From sequence record HM114315.1: 64,000 nucleotides of DNA; one strand, given 5' to 3'. The notes beneath the pieces were generated by a model. The model did not search any database. It was not told the origin of the DNA and saw only the letters and a list, made by a program, of their open reading frames with translations. Position numbers and translations under genes: made by a program. Below are positions 7,119-15,621 of this stretch, one piece after another (within the stretch, counting starts at the first letter, position 1; the number at the start of each line of letters is the position of its first letter). This DNA is from Acinetobacter phage 133.

Positions 7119-7187
7119 AACTAGATACTCACTTGGTATGAGGTTATAATATCATAAAAAACTCATTTGTACAACGCTTTGAAAAAA

Positions 7188-7676
7188 TTATTTATCGTCT
7201 GACCAATTATCATCCAATTCTTCAACTCGTTCATGATCAACAAACAAGTCAATATAGATGCCACCTTCAATATTAATCTTTTGTCCACCTAAGTTATAGG
7301 ACAAAGTAATATGAGGAGTATACTCAGGAAAGTCATATGTTGCACCCAAGATCATTGAGTATTCATGGCGTTCTTTAAGTTGATCAGAATTAAGCTTGAG
7401 TACCAGAGTTCGTCCGTATTTAGTATCCCAAATTTCTAGCTCACCAGAAATACCAGCGTAATAATTATTAAGCGGTCTAAACGGAATACCTACTCGTGAA
7501 TAACAAATGGTACAATGTAACTTTTCACGAGGAACCGGATTTAACAATCCGAGTTCCCTTTGAAATTTTTCAAGCTGATTTAGTGTAGAGTCACTAAAAT
7601 GGGCCGAGGCATAAGTACCTTTAGCCACCTTGTTCAAGCTCAACAGGTTGAGGGATAAGATCAGTGACTGCCGCAA
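7188..7676 (-). CDS. 57B: 2H phosphoesterase (LigT-like), positional and motif match to T4 57B/Acb1 (anti-CBASS cyclic-oligonucleotide phosphodiesterase)
   Basis: Two H-x-T-x motifs (LHCTICY and PHITLSY) typical of the 2H family. Located immediately upstream of 57A-1-3-2-4 as in T4. The N-terminus overlaps 57A, so the true start is uncertain. Confidence 0.55.
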   Translation of the reverse strand: MRQSLILSLNLLSLNKVAKGTYASAHFSDSTLNQLEKFQRELGLLNPVPREKLHCTICYSRVGIPFRPLNNYYAGISGELEIWDTKYGRTLVLKLNSDQLKERHEYSMILGATYDFPEYTPHITLSYNLGGQKINIEGGIYIDLFVDHERVEELDDNWSDDK

Positions 7677-7857
7677 TTAATTGATCAAACGTAATCTGCC
7701 CATTTTCATCGGGGGTCAGAGCTAAAGTCTGCGCGATTGTTTGCAGAACCCCTTGAGTTTCTTGAAGCTGGGCATTTAATTGATGGTTGACTTGACCTAC
7801 ATCAAACAATTGTGCTTTTAATTCAGTGACGATTTGTTCTGGAGTTTGATTGCTCAT
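7621..7857 (-). CDS. 57A: gp57A tail-fiber assembly chaperone-like
   Basis: 78-aa Q/L-rich coiled-coil protein. Size and position match T4 57A (79 aa), next to gene 1. Confidence 0.5.
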   Translation of the reverse strand: MSNQTPEQIVTELKAQLFDVGQVNHQLNAQLQETQGVLQTIAQTLALTPDENGQITFDQLIAAVTDLIPQPVELEQGG

Positions 7858-8525
7858 GTTAATTGATCTACCTTGTTGTATAAGTCTTCTAATGTACCGT
7901 TATTTATAATCAGTACATCGCTATCAGTTGGAGTTAAACCTTGTTCAGACAAGTGATTATCTGTATTGCCGGTTTCACGTTGCAAGAATATCATTTTAGC
8001 ATTAATATTTCGAAGCGCTTGAGCTTCGTTATCAAAACGCACATCTGAAACAATTACACCGGGATGGCCATTTTTAATAATGGTTTCGATATCACAAATT
8101 GTGATTTTGACCCAATAGTCAGGATGATATTTGGTTACAATGTCTGTGCCCAAGACCTGCATTAAGATTCGAATGGTCCACACTTTACGAGATTCAAATT
8201 TAATATCATCAGGGATACGTAATTCAATATCCGGATATGTTGTACGCAATACTTTTAAGGCGGATCGTAACCATAAATGGGCAGAGGCATTTGAAATACC
8301 GAGATCAAAGTTGTCTCGATCGTAACGACCCCCTTCATAAAAATCATCAAGGATGATGTTTAACCCAGTCAGCTCGTCAATTCCATATGTATGGAACGAT
8401 GCACTAAGTGCCTCTTTAATAGCATCCGCAAATGCAACTTGCACTAAACCAGGATGATTCTGCATAATGTGTTGTGCAACAGTATCTTTGCCCGATCGTT
8501 TAATTCCGTGGATTCCAATAATCAT
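7854..8525 (-). CDS. 1: deoxynucleoside monophosphate kinase gp1
   Basis: P-loop GIHGIKRSGKDT at the N-terminus. Size and position match T4 gene 1. Confidence 0.75.
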   Translation of the reverse strand: MIIGIHGIKRSGKDTVAQHIMQNHPGLVQVAFADAIKEALSASFHTYGIDELTGLNIILDDFYEGGRYDRDNFDLGISNASAHLWLRSALKVLRTTYPDIELRIPDDIKFESRKVWTIRILMQVLGTDIVTKYHPDYWVKITICDIETIIKNGHPGVIVSDVRFDNEAQALRNINAKMIFLQRETGNTDNHLSEQGLTPTDSDVLIINNGTLEDLYNKVDQLT

Positions 8526-8537
8526 TTTTGTCCTCGT

Positions 8538-9101
8538 CTACCGATTATCAATTCTCTTTTGTGCATGTTCATGAATAGTGCCACGGTGTTTAACTGCGAT
8601 ACCGTTATATACAATTTCAAAATACTTATATTGAAATGTGGCCATACATGTAACTGACACATCAGATTCTTCGGTGTAGTTATATTCAATTTCACCTAGA
8701 TCTGAAATCCAGGCACCATAATAATGAATACTCATAATAATATTGGATTTGGTATTGTCCAAAATATGTAGAGTAATAAATTTTGGTAAAACACCTTCCT
8801 CCCATCCCTCGTTTTCAAGAGTGAGATAGTTATTAATAGATAGCATCCAACGATATAGTTCAACCCAAGTTTTTAAATTTTCATCGATGATGAAACGGCA
8901 TACCAAGGGGTCAAACTCAAAAGTCGATCCTGGTAATTTTGCTCGGCCTAGGCCGCGTGTACCGGTTGGAGTATCTGTAACTGGTATTCTAACACCTGGA
9001 ATCAAAGCAGATTGAACGTTGCCTGTAAAGGCCTCAGTTATTCCTGCATCTGGGACATCTAGTACAAAATTCGTTGTGTTGGTTAAATTCTTTAATGACA
9101 T
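8538..9101 (-). CDS. 3: gp3 tail completion / sheath stabiliser
   Basis: 187 aa. Position between gene 1 and gene 2 as in T4. Confidence 0.6.
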   Translation of the reverse strand: MSLKNLTNTTNFVLDVPDAGITEAFTGNVQSALIPGVRIPVTDTPTGTRGLGRAKLPGSTFEFDPLVCRFIIDENLKTWVELYRWMLSINNYLTLENEGWEEGVLPKFITLHILDNTKSNIIMSIHYYGAWISDLGEIEYNYTEESDVSVTCMATFQYKYFEIVYNGIAVKHRGTIHEHAQKRIDNR

Positions 9102-9124
9102 ACCTTTCGCTTCAATATTGTGCC

Positions 9125-9180
9125 CTTATAATAAAGCAACGCTTTGCCCCTTAGGACCATTACTTTAAGCCGGGATAGAT
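9125..9180 (+). repeat. repeat family copy A (about 56 bp)
   Basis: cttataataaagcaacgctttgcccc... shares 26 identical nt and then similar sequence with copy B. On the minus strand it reads TTGCTTTA, a MotA-box-like motif, 30 nt upstream of the gp3 ATG. Confidence 0.6.
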
Positions 9181-9240
9181 TAATAAATGTACAAATGAAT
9201 AAAAAATATTTTACACTCTCATTTGCATTGAAAAACTGAC

Positions 9241-9345
9241 GTTATAATAAAGCAACGCTTTGCCCCTCACCCTATTACTTTGGCCGCCGGTAGATATACA
9301 AAACCTACCAACGACCTTTATGGCGAAGCCGTGAGCTTGCGAACT
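9241..9345 (+). repeat. repeat family copy B (block 1 at 9241-9298 plus block 2 atggcgaagccgtgagcttgcgaact at 9320-9345)
   Basis: Near-identical to the inverted copy at 46277-46390 (block 1 differs by a single C insertion; block 2 is identical). Lies in the gp2-gp3 intergenic region. Confidence 0.65.
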
Positions 9346-10136
9346 TACTTTTTACCCCATACTTTCTGAGAAGAATAACGCTTACCTTTAGACATAAAGC
9401 TTTGTAACGGCATTAGTACAACATTTGACCAATCACTGGGTTTAATTTCAGTTATTGTTCCGACAATATGAGATGGTAGATAATTCTTAATCATCTTGTC
9501 TGCGCCAGGTAAATTTTTTACTTTAGACCAATCCACCTTCAACATTGTCTTGTTACTAATCACACTCGTATTGGAATACTTCAGAATACTCTCTAAAAAT
9601 TCCTGTCTAGCCTTTGGCGGCACGTAGTGCATGTTCAATCCCTGCATCAGAATAGTACCAGACTTTGGCGACTTAACAAACCCTAAACATACAATAAGCG
9701 GAAATCGGTCCCAATACGGTAATGTATCTTTATACTTTGCATCATATGCAAAAGCATATACTTTTCCAGACGCGGGCTTAGACACTTTATGGCCACGTAC
9801 AGCGTCTTTAATTGTTTTGTCGAACCATTTTTGAGATTTAGTATTTGATGCTGCACCGTCATTCTTGATCTTCTCTCGCACGGATTGTCGAAACGAGTTA
9901 ATCATAATCAGGTTTTTATCAGCCTGGGTCAGCCTATTTGTCGGTTTCTGTAATAGTTCGTCTGCCCGTACCGCCAATTTGATCTTAGTTTGGTATCTAG
10001 ACATTGACTTGGTAAACGTACTGTAGTTTATGCCCTTTGATTCGGCAAATACCTTACTGGACATGCCTTTCTTTTTAGCTTGTGCCAATTCAACTCCGAG
10101 GCGGATCCAGTCTGCCTCCTGTCTACTAATTGTCAT
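9345..10136 (-). CDS. 2: gp2 DNA end-protector protein
   Basis: 263 aa, basic. Position between gp3 and gp4 as in T4. Confidence 0.6.
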   Translation of the reverse strand: MTISRQEADWIRLGVELAQAKKKGMSSKVFAESKGINYSTFTKSMSRYQTKIKLAVRADELLQKPTNRLTQADKNLIMINSFRQSVREKIKNDGAASNTKSQKWFDKTIKDAVRGHKVSKPASGKVYAFAYDAKYKDTLPYWDRFPLIVCLGFVKSPKSGTILMQGLNMHYVPPKARQEFLESILKYSNTSVISNKTMLKVDWSKVKNLPGADKMIKNYLPSHIVGTITEIKPSDWSNVVLMPLQSFMSKGKRYSSQKVWGKK

Positions 10137-10603
10137 TTCACAGCTCCTTTAAATCCAAATTGCTTTAGATTATGTTCGGTCAGTATCTTAAATGTATATT
10201 TATTCTTTTCACAGAATTGCATTGTGGCCAACCACTTGTCCTTATTAACTTTGAATGTATACAACTCATTTAAATATCGGGTTTTAGTGGTCTTAGTCAT
10301 TCTAAGAGGAGGTTTTGGTGGTCTGGTTTCTTTATCAGGCTTAACCTCATATAAGAATTCTCGGATTGTGTTATCTTCAAGTCTATACTTGACATAAAAA
10401 TCCATGAAGTATCGTCGTTTTTTACCGTCTGCCGTTGAGAAGTAGGGGATAATAACGCATTCGCTATTCCATTGAATTACTTTGGGATTAGAATCAAGAT
10501 GTTCCATCATAAATTTTTCCCACGTTGATCGATATGTGATCTTTGTATAATCCCCTCTATATTTGTGTACGTTTTTAACTACGTACTTGCCAGAGTAAGC
10601 CAT
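10133..10603 (-). CDS. 4: gp4 head completion protein
   Basis: N-terminus MAYSGKYVVKNVHKYRGD...ITYRSTWEKF...GKKRRYFMDF closely matches my recollection of T4 gp4. Confidence 0.85.
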   Translation of the reverse strand: MAYSGKYVVKNVHKYRGDYTKITYRSTWEKFMMEHLDSNPKVIQWNSECVIIPYFSTADGKKRRYFMDFYVKYRLEDNTIREFLYEVKPDKETRPPKPPLRMTKTTKTRYLNELYTFKVNKDKWLATMQFCEKNKYTFKILTEHNLKQFGFKGAVK

Positions 10604-10650
10604 AAATTTCTCCTTTATTCTATTTACTAAATATATAAAAAGGAGTAGTC

Positions 10651-11217
10651 ATGCTTTTATCATTTTATAACCCAATTCAGTACGCTGCTAAGACAGTAGA
10701 TCCAAATGCCCCTCCTGTATTGATGACTCAGATTTTTCGTAACTACCAATCGTATTTCAATACTGTTGCAAAACGTTATCGTTTGATGAGTTTCAATATA
10801 CAAGGTGCTCCACGTCCAGAACAGTTGGCCAATACACTGTACGGTAACCCTCAGTTATACTGGGTGCTTTTGATGTGTAATAACGTGTATGACCCTTATC
10901 ATGGGTGGATCAAACCACAACAGGTTGTTTATCAATCAGTGCGCCAAGTACATCCCGAACCAGGCGTAGCATATCATTTGGATATAAAGGGCGAGCGATA
11001 TTACAATCTAGTTGAATCTGCACCTGGCTCAGGCCAATGGTTTGATAAAGGTGACATTAGTCAAGATCACAGACAATATCAAGGACCTCTTGCTGCAGTC
11101 AGTTATAGCGAGGCTGCAATATTAGAAAATGAGCGTTTGAGAAAAATTAAAATTATTAATCCGTCGGATATGGAACAATTTCTATCTGACTTCATCAAGG
11201 AATTGGAGCGTAACTAA
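10651..11217 (+). CDS. 53: gp53 baseplate wedge subunit
   Basis: MLLSFYNPIQYAAKTV...GNPQLYWVLLMCNNVYDPYHGWI matches recalled T4 gp53. Confidence 0.85.
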   Translation: MLLSFYNPIQYAAKTVDPNAPPVLMTQIFRNYQSYFNTVAKRYRLMSFNIQGAPRPEQLANTLYGNPQLYWVLLMCNNVYDPYHGWIKPQQVVYQSVRQVHPEPGVAYHLDIKGERYYNLVESAPGSGQWFDKGDISQDHRQYQGPLAAVSYSEAAILENERLRKIKIINPSDMEQFLSDFIKELERN

Positions 11218-12971
11218 TGTTAATGCAACACTCTAACCCAGAATTTTTTAGTGGTGTAGTTGAAAATCGGATGGACCCAAATATGGCCGGCCGTGTGCAA
11301 GTTCGTGTTATGGGTGTGCATCCATTTTCTCGCATCCAAGGCGATATTGAAGGCATTCCAGTTGAAGATCTCCCCTGGATGAGCATTTGCATGCCGGCCA
11401 CATCAGCATCAAAAAATGGTGTTGGTTCATCTAATACAGGTTTGCTTGAGGGCTCTCATGTATTTGGTCTTTGGCTTGATAAGTATAAAACAAATGGTAT
11501 TGTGCTTGGATCTATAAGTGGAAAAATGTTAGTTTCGCCAAATCCTAATGAAGGGTTCAGTGATCCTACGGGCCAGTATAGTGAAGGTAATGATACCAAC
11601 CCACTTGGCATTGGCACTGAATCTGGACAAGGGGCAGACGCTAATGCAATACAAGACGCAAATCTTGGAACAGGCCTTGCCCCCGATGGTAAACCTTGGG
11701 ATCAGCAAACACCCGATAATAATCCCTCTATGACAATGGACACTATGCTACGTCGTGATGAAGGTGTCAAAAATCAGCTTTATTGGGATAAGTTAGGATT
11801 CCCCACCATTGGAATCGGGCATTTAATTCTAGCTACTAAAACTCGTGATTCAGGCCAGATCAATGCTGCACTAAGTCGGCAATTGGGACGATCTGTATCA
11901 GGGTCAAGACCTACTATTTCACACGATGAAATTATTCGTCTTTTTGAGGATGACTTAGCTCGAATTCAAAAATCGATGCGCAAAAATAAAAAGATTGCTG
12001 CGGCTTTAGCATCATGTAATAAATCTCGTCAGATGGCCTTAGAAAATATGGCTTTCCAGTTAGGCGTAGGTGGATTGGCAAACTTCAGTAATTCGTTGGC
12101 CCTAATTGCAGCACAGAATTGGAAAGCCGCTCGTGCATCTCTTATGAATTCATTGTGGGCTCGTCAGACCCCAGGTCGAGCCCAACGTGTATCATTAATC
12201 ATCCTTAGTGGCAACTTAAGTTCATACGGGGTTAAAGCCTCAACTAAAACCGCTCGAGGTACTCTTGTCGCACCAGTTAATAATGCCGAATCATTTTTGA
12301 ATAATATCCCTGACAACTGGGATGACATCGACTGGTCAGCTGAAATTCCTGATGACGATTCATTAGTGATGTTTACTGAACCTGCCAGTTCATACAAAGG
12401 CGAATATCCATACGTGCACGTGTATCAGTCTGAGTCAGGACATGTCCAAGAGTTTGATGACACTCCTGGCAATGAGCGGTACCGTATCATGCATCCAACT
12501 GGCACTTATACCGAAACCGCGGCGGATGGTCGGAAAACAGATAAAGTCGTAGGTGACCAATACAATATTGTCGATGGAACCCGATATGAATCGGCGTCAA
12601 ACTTAAAACGCAGTATTGCCGGCGATGATACACTTTACACAGTAGGCAATTCAAAACGCACTGTTGGGGCAGATTCTACATTAACAATTCATGGTAGTAG
12701 AACCGAAGTTATACAAGGCGACTGGTCAATTAATGTACAAGGATCTGCAAAGATCAATGTACAAGGAACTGCTGATATTGGAGTTCAAGGAAATGCGACT
12801 ACTGACGTGAACGGTGATTATTCACTGAAGGTTGGAGGCAGTCTCAATTGGGAAGTCGGTGGCGGAGTTAACTGGGAAGTGGGCGGGTCTGTTAATCAGA
12901 AAATGTCTGCACTTACTCAAGAAATGGGCGGAGCTTATTCTATTACGGCATCAAGGGTGGATATCCAATGA
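11217..12971 (+). CDS. 5: gp5 baseplate hub / cell-puncturing spike with lysozyme domain
   Basis: 584 aa. Central T4-lysozyme-like segment LYWDKLGFPTIGIGHL. C-terminal beta-helix repeats of the form VxGxxTxxV. Confidence 0.85.
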   Translation: MLMQHSNPEFFSGVVENRMDPNMAGRVQVRVMGVHPFSRIQGDIEGIPVEDLPWMSICMPATSASKNGVGSSNTGLLEGSHVFGLWLDKYKTNGIVLGSISGKMLVSPNPNEGFSDPTGQYSEGNDTNPLGIGTESGQGADANAIQDANLGTGLAPDGKPWDQQTPDNNPSMTMDTMLRRDEGVKNQLYWDKLGFPTIGIGHLILATKTRDSGQINAALSRQLGRSVSGSRPTISHDEIIRLFEDDLARIQKSMRKNKKIAAALASCNKSRQMALENMAFQLGVGGLANFSNSLALIAAQNWKAARASLMNSLWARQTPGRAQRVSLIILSGNLSSYGVKASTKTARGTLVAPVNNAESFLNNIPDNWDDIDWSAEIPDDDSLVMFTEPASSYKGEYPYVHVYQSESGHVQEFDDTPGNERYRIMHPTGTYTETAADGRKTDKVVGDQYNIVDGTRYESASNLKRSIAGDDTLYTVGNSKRTVGADSTLTIHGSRTEVIQGDWSINVQGSAKINVQGTADIGVQGNATTDVNGDYSLKVGGSLNWEVGGGVNWEVGGSVNQKMSALTQEMGGAYSITASRVDIQ

Positions 12972-13405
12972 CATTAGACCCACAAGGTCCTTTATTAGAA
13001 CCTGTATTGGAAGGTGAACAATTTGACATTGAGTTTATTGGTGATTATACCACAATTGATATTGTTCTCCTTGATTTCCCTGATACGGTGACGGTAACGG
13101 GCAATAAAATACATGGTGTGTTCAATTTAGTTTTTGACCTCCCAAATCAAGGCCTTAAATATAGAGACGGGATGGACTACGGTTCAACCTCTCAATTTAA
13201 GGATGTGCCAGAAGATGCTGATATATACTCATATTCGCCACCGGTTGGCTCTATACGGAACTATAACCTAAGAGTTAATATAACCTATACCGATATCGCA
13301 ACTGGCGGTGGTGAGCAATCAGAGACGATTGAATACATACTACCGGTCGACATCAACTACAGTTTGTATGCTCAGGCATTGAGGGATGCGTTATGGCAGC
13401 AGTAA
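12968..13405 (+). CDS. gp5.1-like hypothetical protein
   Basis: 145-aa ORF coupled to gp5, in the position of T4 5.1. Confidence 0.45.
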   Translation: MTLDPQGPLLEPVLEGEQFDIEFIGDYTTIDIVLLDFPDTVTVTGNKIHGVFNLVFDLPNQGLKYRDGMDYGSTSQFKDVPEDADIYSYSPPVGSIRNYNLRVNITYTDIATGGGEQSETIEYILPVDINYSLYAQALRDALWQQ

Positions 13406-13665
13406 CATATAACGGCGCGATGACAACGGGTCACGGGAAAGCAAAACCTACTCAACTAGTAGCCACTCAATCAAAAATGTTTGTTGATGGGTTGGCTGTT
13501 ATAGTAGCAGGCGATCCCATTATCCCTCATCGAGGTCACGAAGGCACAACAATTCCTTCACAATCAAAATTATTCATTCAGGGTAAACCTGCAATTATGA
13601 TCGGCGACAGTATATCTTGTGGCGACATGGTTGCAATGGGCAGCCCAAAATTATTCGTAGGATAG
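13393..13665 (+). CDS. 5.4: gp5.4 PAAR-repeat spike tip protein
   Basis: 90 aa. PAAR-like motifs (GDPIIPH, GDSISCGD). Position after gp5 as in T4. Confidence 0.7.
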   Translation: MAAVTYNGAMTTGHGKAKPTQLVATQSKMFVDGLAVIVAGDPIIPHRGHEGTTIPSQSKLFIQGKPAIMIGDSISCGDMVAMGSPKLFVG

Positions 13666-13668
13666 AAA

Positions 13669-15621
13669 ATGGCAACACAAAACCCAATTCACGGTCAATT
13701 AATCCGAGCGGTAAATGCAATCCCTGAAGTGTTCACTGGTGGTACATTCCAAGAGATCAAAGCCGATCTTATCAACTGGTTACAGGGTCAAGATGAATTC
13801 AAAGACTTTGATTTTGCGGGATCTAGACTTAACGTACTTTTAGATCTTTTATCATACAGTATTTTATACGGCCAACAATTTGCCAATACTGCAGTTTATG
13901 AAAGCTTCATCCGTACGGCTAACCTGCGCTCATCAGTAGTACAAGCTGCTCAGGATAAATCATATCTTCCCGATTCGATGAGTGCATCACAAACCAACAT
14001 TTTGCTTAAAGTTAGTCATTCATTAAAGCCAAAAAGTGTAACTATTGCGCGAGGCACTAAATTCTTGGCATATGCTCGTGATACATCGGCTGAGCCATAT
14101 CCATTTGTTGTAACTGAGGATGTTGTTGCAGTAAAAGATACCAATAATCAGTATATGCCTACTGTTCGATTATCTCAGGGCCGTATTGTTCGTACAGAAA
14201 TGCTTTTCACTCGTAACCAACCTATCATTGTACGCGATGCCAATATTGATCGCGATACGATTCGTGTATTTGTTGACGGCGCACGCTGGACCGACTGGAC
14301 CCGCAAGTCAATGGTTCACGCTGGATCAATCAGTACGATCTACTATGTCCGCGAAACTATTGATGGATTCACTGAGGTTTACTTTGGTGAAGGTGAACAA
14401 TCAACCACAATTGAAAATGGCGCATTAGAAGGAAACTATGTAGGGGGTCTTAAGCCAGTTGAAAACAGCTCAATTGTAGTTGAATATATCCGTACCGAAG
14501 GTTCTAAATCAAATGGTGCGAAAGAATTCACGTATGCTGATACGCTCCAGTACATCACTGTGGATCAAGTAATAGAAAATCCTAATAATGACCCAGACTA
14601 TGTTGGTGCGACTGGTGGTGGAGATCCTGAGGACATTGAACGTATCCGCGAACTTGCAGTAGTTAAGCAAGAGACTCAAATGCGTTGTGTAACTGCAACA
14701 GATTATGATAGTTTTGTCTCGTCTCGTTTTGGATCTATTGTACAAGCGGTCCAAACTTTTACCGATAAAGACAAACCTGGATACGCATTTATTGCAATTA
14801 AACCTAAATCAGGTCTTTACTTAACCGCTGTACAACGTGAAGATATCGAAAATTATTTGAAAGATTACAATGTTTCCACAATTACCCCGACCGCGATTTC
14901 TCCTGATTATCTTTTCATTAAACATAATGTTAAGGTGACCTATGCGATTAATAAATTGCAGGAGTCTGAGCAATGGTTACAAAGTAAAGTAATTGATCAA
15001 ATTGATAAATATTATACAGACCAAGTAGAACTGTTTAATAAATCATTTGCCAAGTCAAAAATGCTAAATTACGTGGACAATACAGATCACTCGATCATTG
15101 GCTCCACCGCAAGTATTGAGATGGTTCGAGAAATACAGAACTTTTATATGACTCCTGAGTCCGGTATTAAGTTCAACAATATTGTCAAGCCTCGCTCGCT
15201 TTATACAAATGAATTTCCATTTACACCAGGCAACAATAACGATCCGTATCAAGTACGTATTCTAGCTACCGATGCAGATGCATCAGGACAAGGCAAAATT
15301 GTAATTGGGCCGTTTATCCCAGGTGACGTTCAAGAAACTCAATACGTTAAACCTTACTTGGGCGATGACTTTAATCGAGTCGTTATCGGGGCACAAACAC
15401 TTTATTTTGAAATCGGTCAAGTCAACTATCCATCAGATTTCATCTATTGGAATATTGGCGCAATTAATGTGTCATCTGACATGTTTGAAGTCCAAACTAT
15501 TGAATTGTATTCTGACCCTGTTGATGACAATATCTTTACAAAAGATGGGTCGTTAATTGTGTTTGAAAATGATATCAGACCACAATATACCAACATTATT
15601 ATGGAGGCGGTAACACAATGA
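13669..15621 (+). CDS. 6: gp6 baseplate wedge
   Basis: 650 aa versus 660 in T4. Correct position in the operon. Confidence 0.8.
   Translation: MATQNPIHGQLIRAVNAIPEVFTGGTFQEIKADLINWLQGQDEFKDFDFAGSRLNVLLDLLSYSILYGQQFANTAVYESFIRTANLRSSVVQAAQDKSYLPDSMSASQTNILLKVSHSLKPKSVTIARGTKFLAYARDTSAEPYPFVVTEDVVAVKDTNNQYMPTVRLSQGRIVRTEMLFTRNQPIIVRDANIDRDTIRVFVDGARWTDWTRKSMVHAGSISTIYYVRETIDGFTEVYFGEGEQSTTIENGALEGNYVGGLKPVENSSIVVEYIRTEGSKSNGAKEFTYADTLQYITVDQVIENPNNDPDYVGATGGGDPEDIERIRELAVVKQETQMRCVTATDYDSFVSSRFGSIVQAVQTFTDKDKPGYAFIAIKPKSGLYLTAVQREDIENYLKDYNVSTITPTAISPDYLFIKHNVKVTYAINKLQESEQWLQSKVIDQIDKYYTDQVELFNKSFAKSKMLNYVDNTDHSIIGSTASIEMVREIQNFYMTPESGIKFNNIVKPRSLYTNEFPFTPGNNNDPYQVRILATDADASGQGKIVIGPFIPGDVQETQYVKPYLGDDFNRVVIGAQTLYFEIGQVNYPSDFIYWNIGAINVSSDMFEVQTIELYSDPVDDNIFTKDGSLIVFENDIRPQYTNIIMEAVTQ

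Noticed and set aside
7141-7183. Candidate early promoter for the 6891-7118 gene (TTGTAC-N19-TATAAC)
   Set aside because: The spacer is 19 nt and both hexamers are weak. Not reported as a feature.
9100-9345. Possible CRISPR-like array because of the two direct repeats
   Set aside because: There are only two direct copies with an unrelated 60-bp spacer, no further units and no cas genes. The repeats have internal promoter-like motifs instead.
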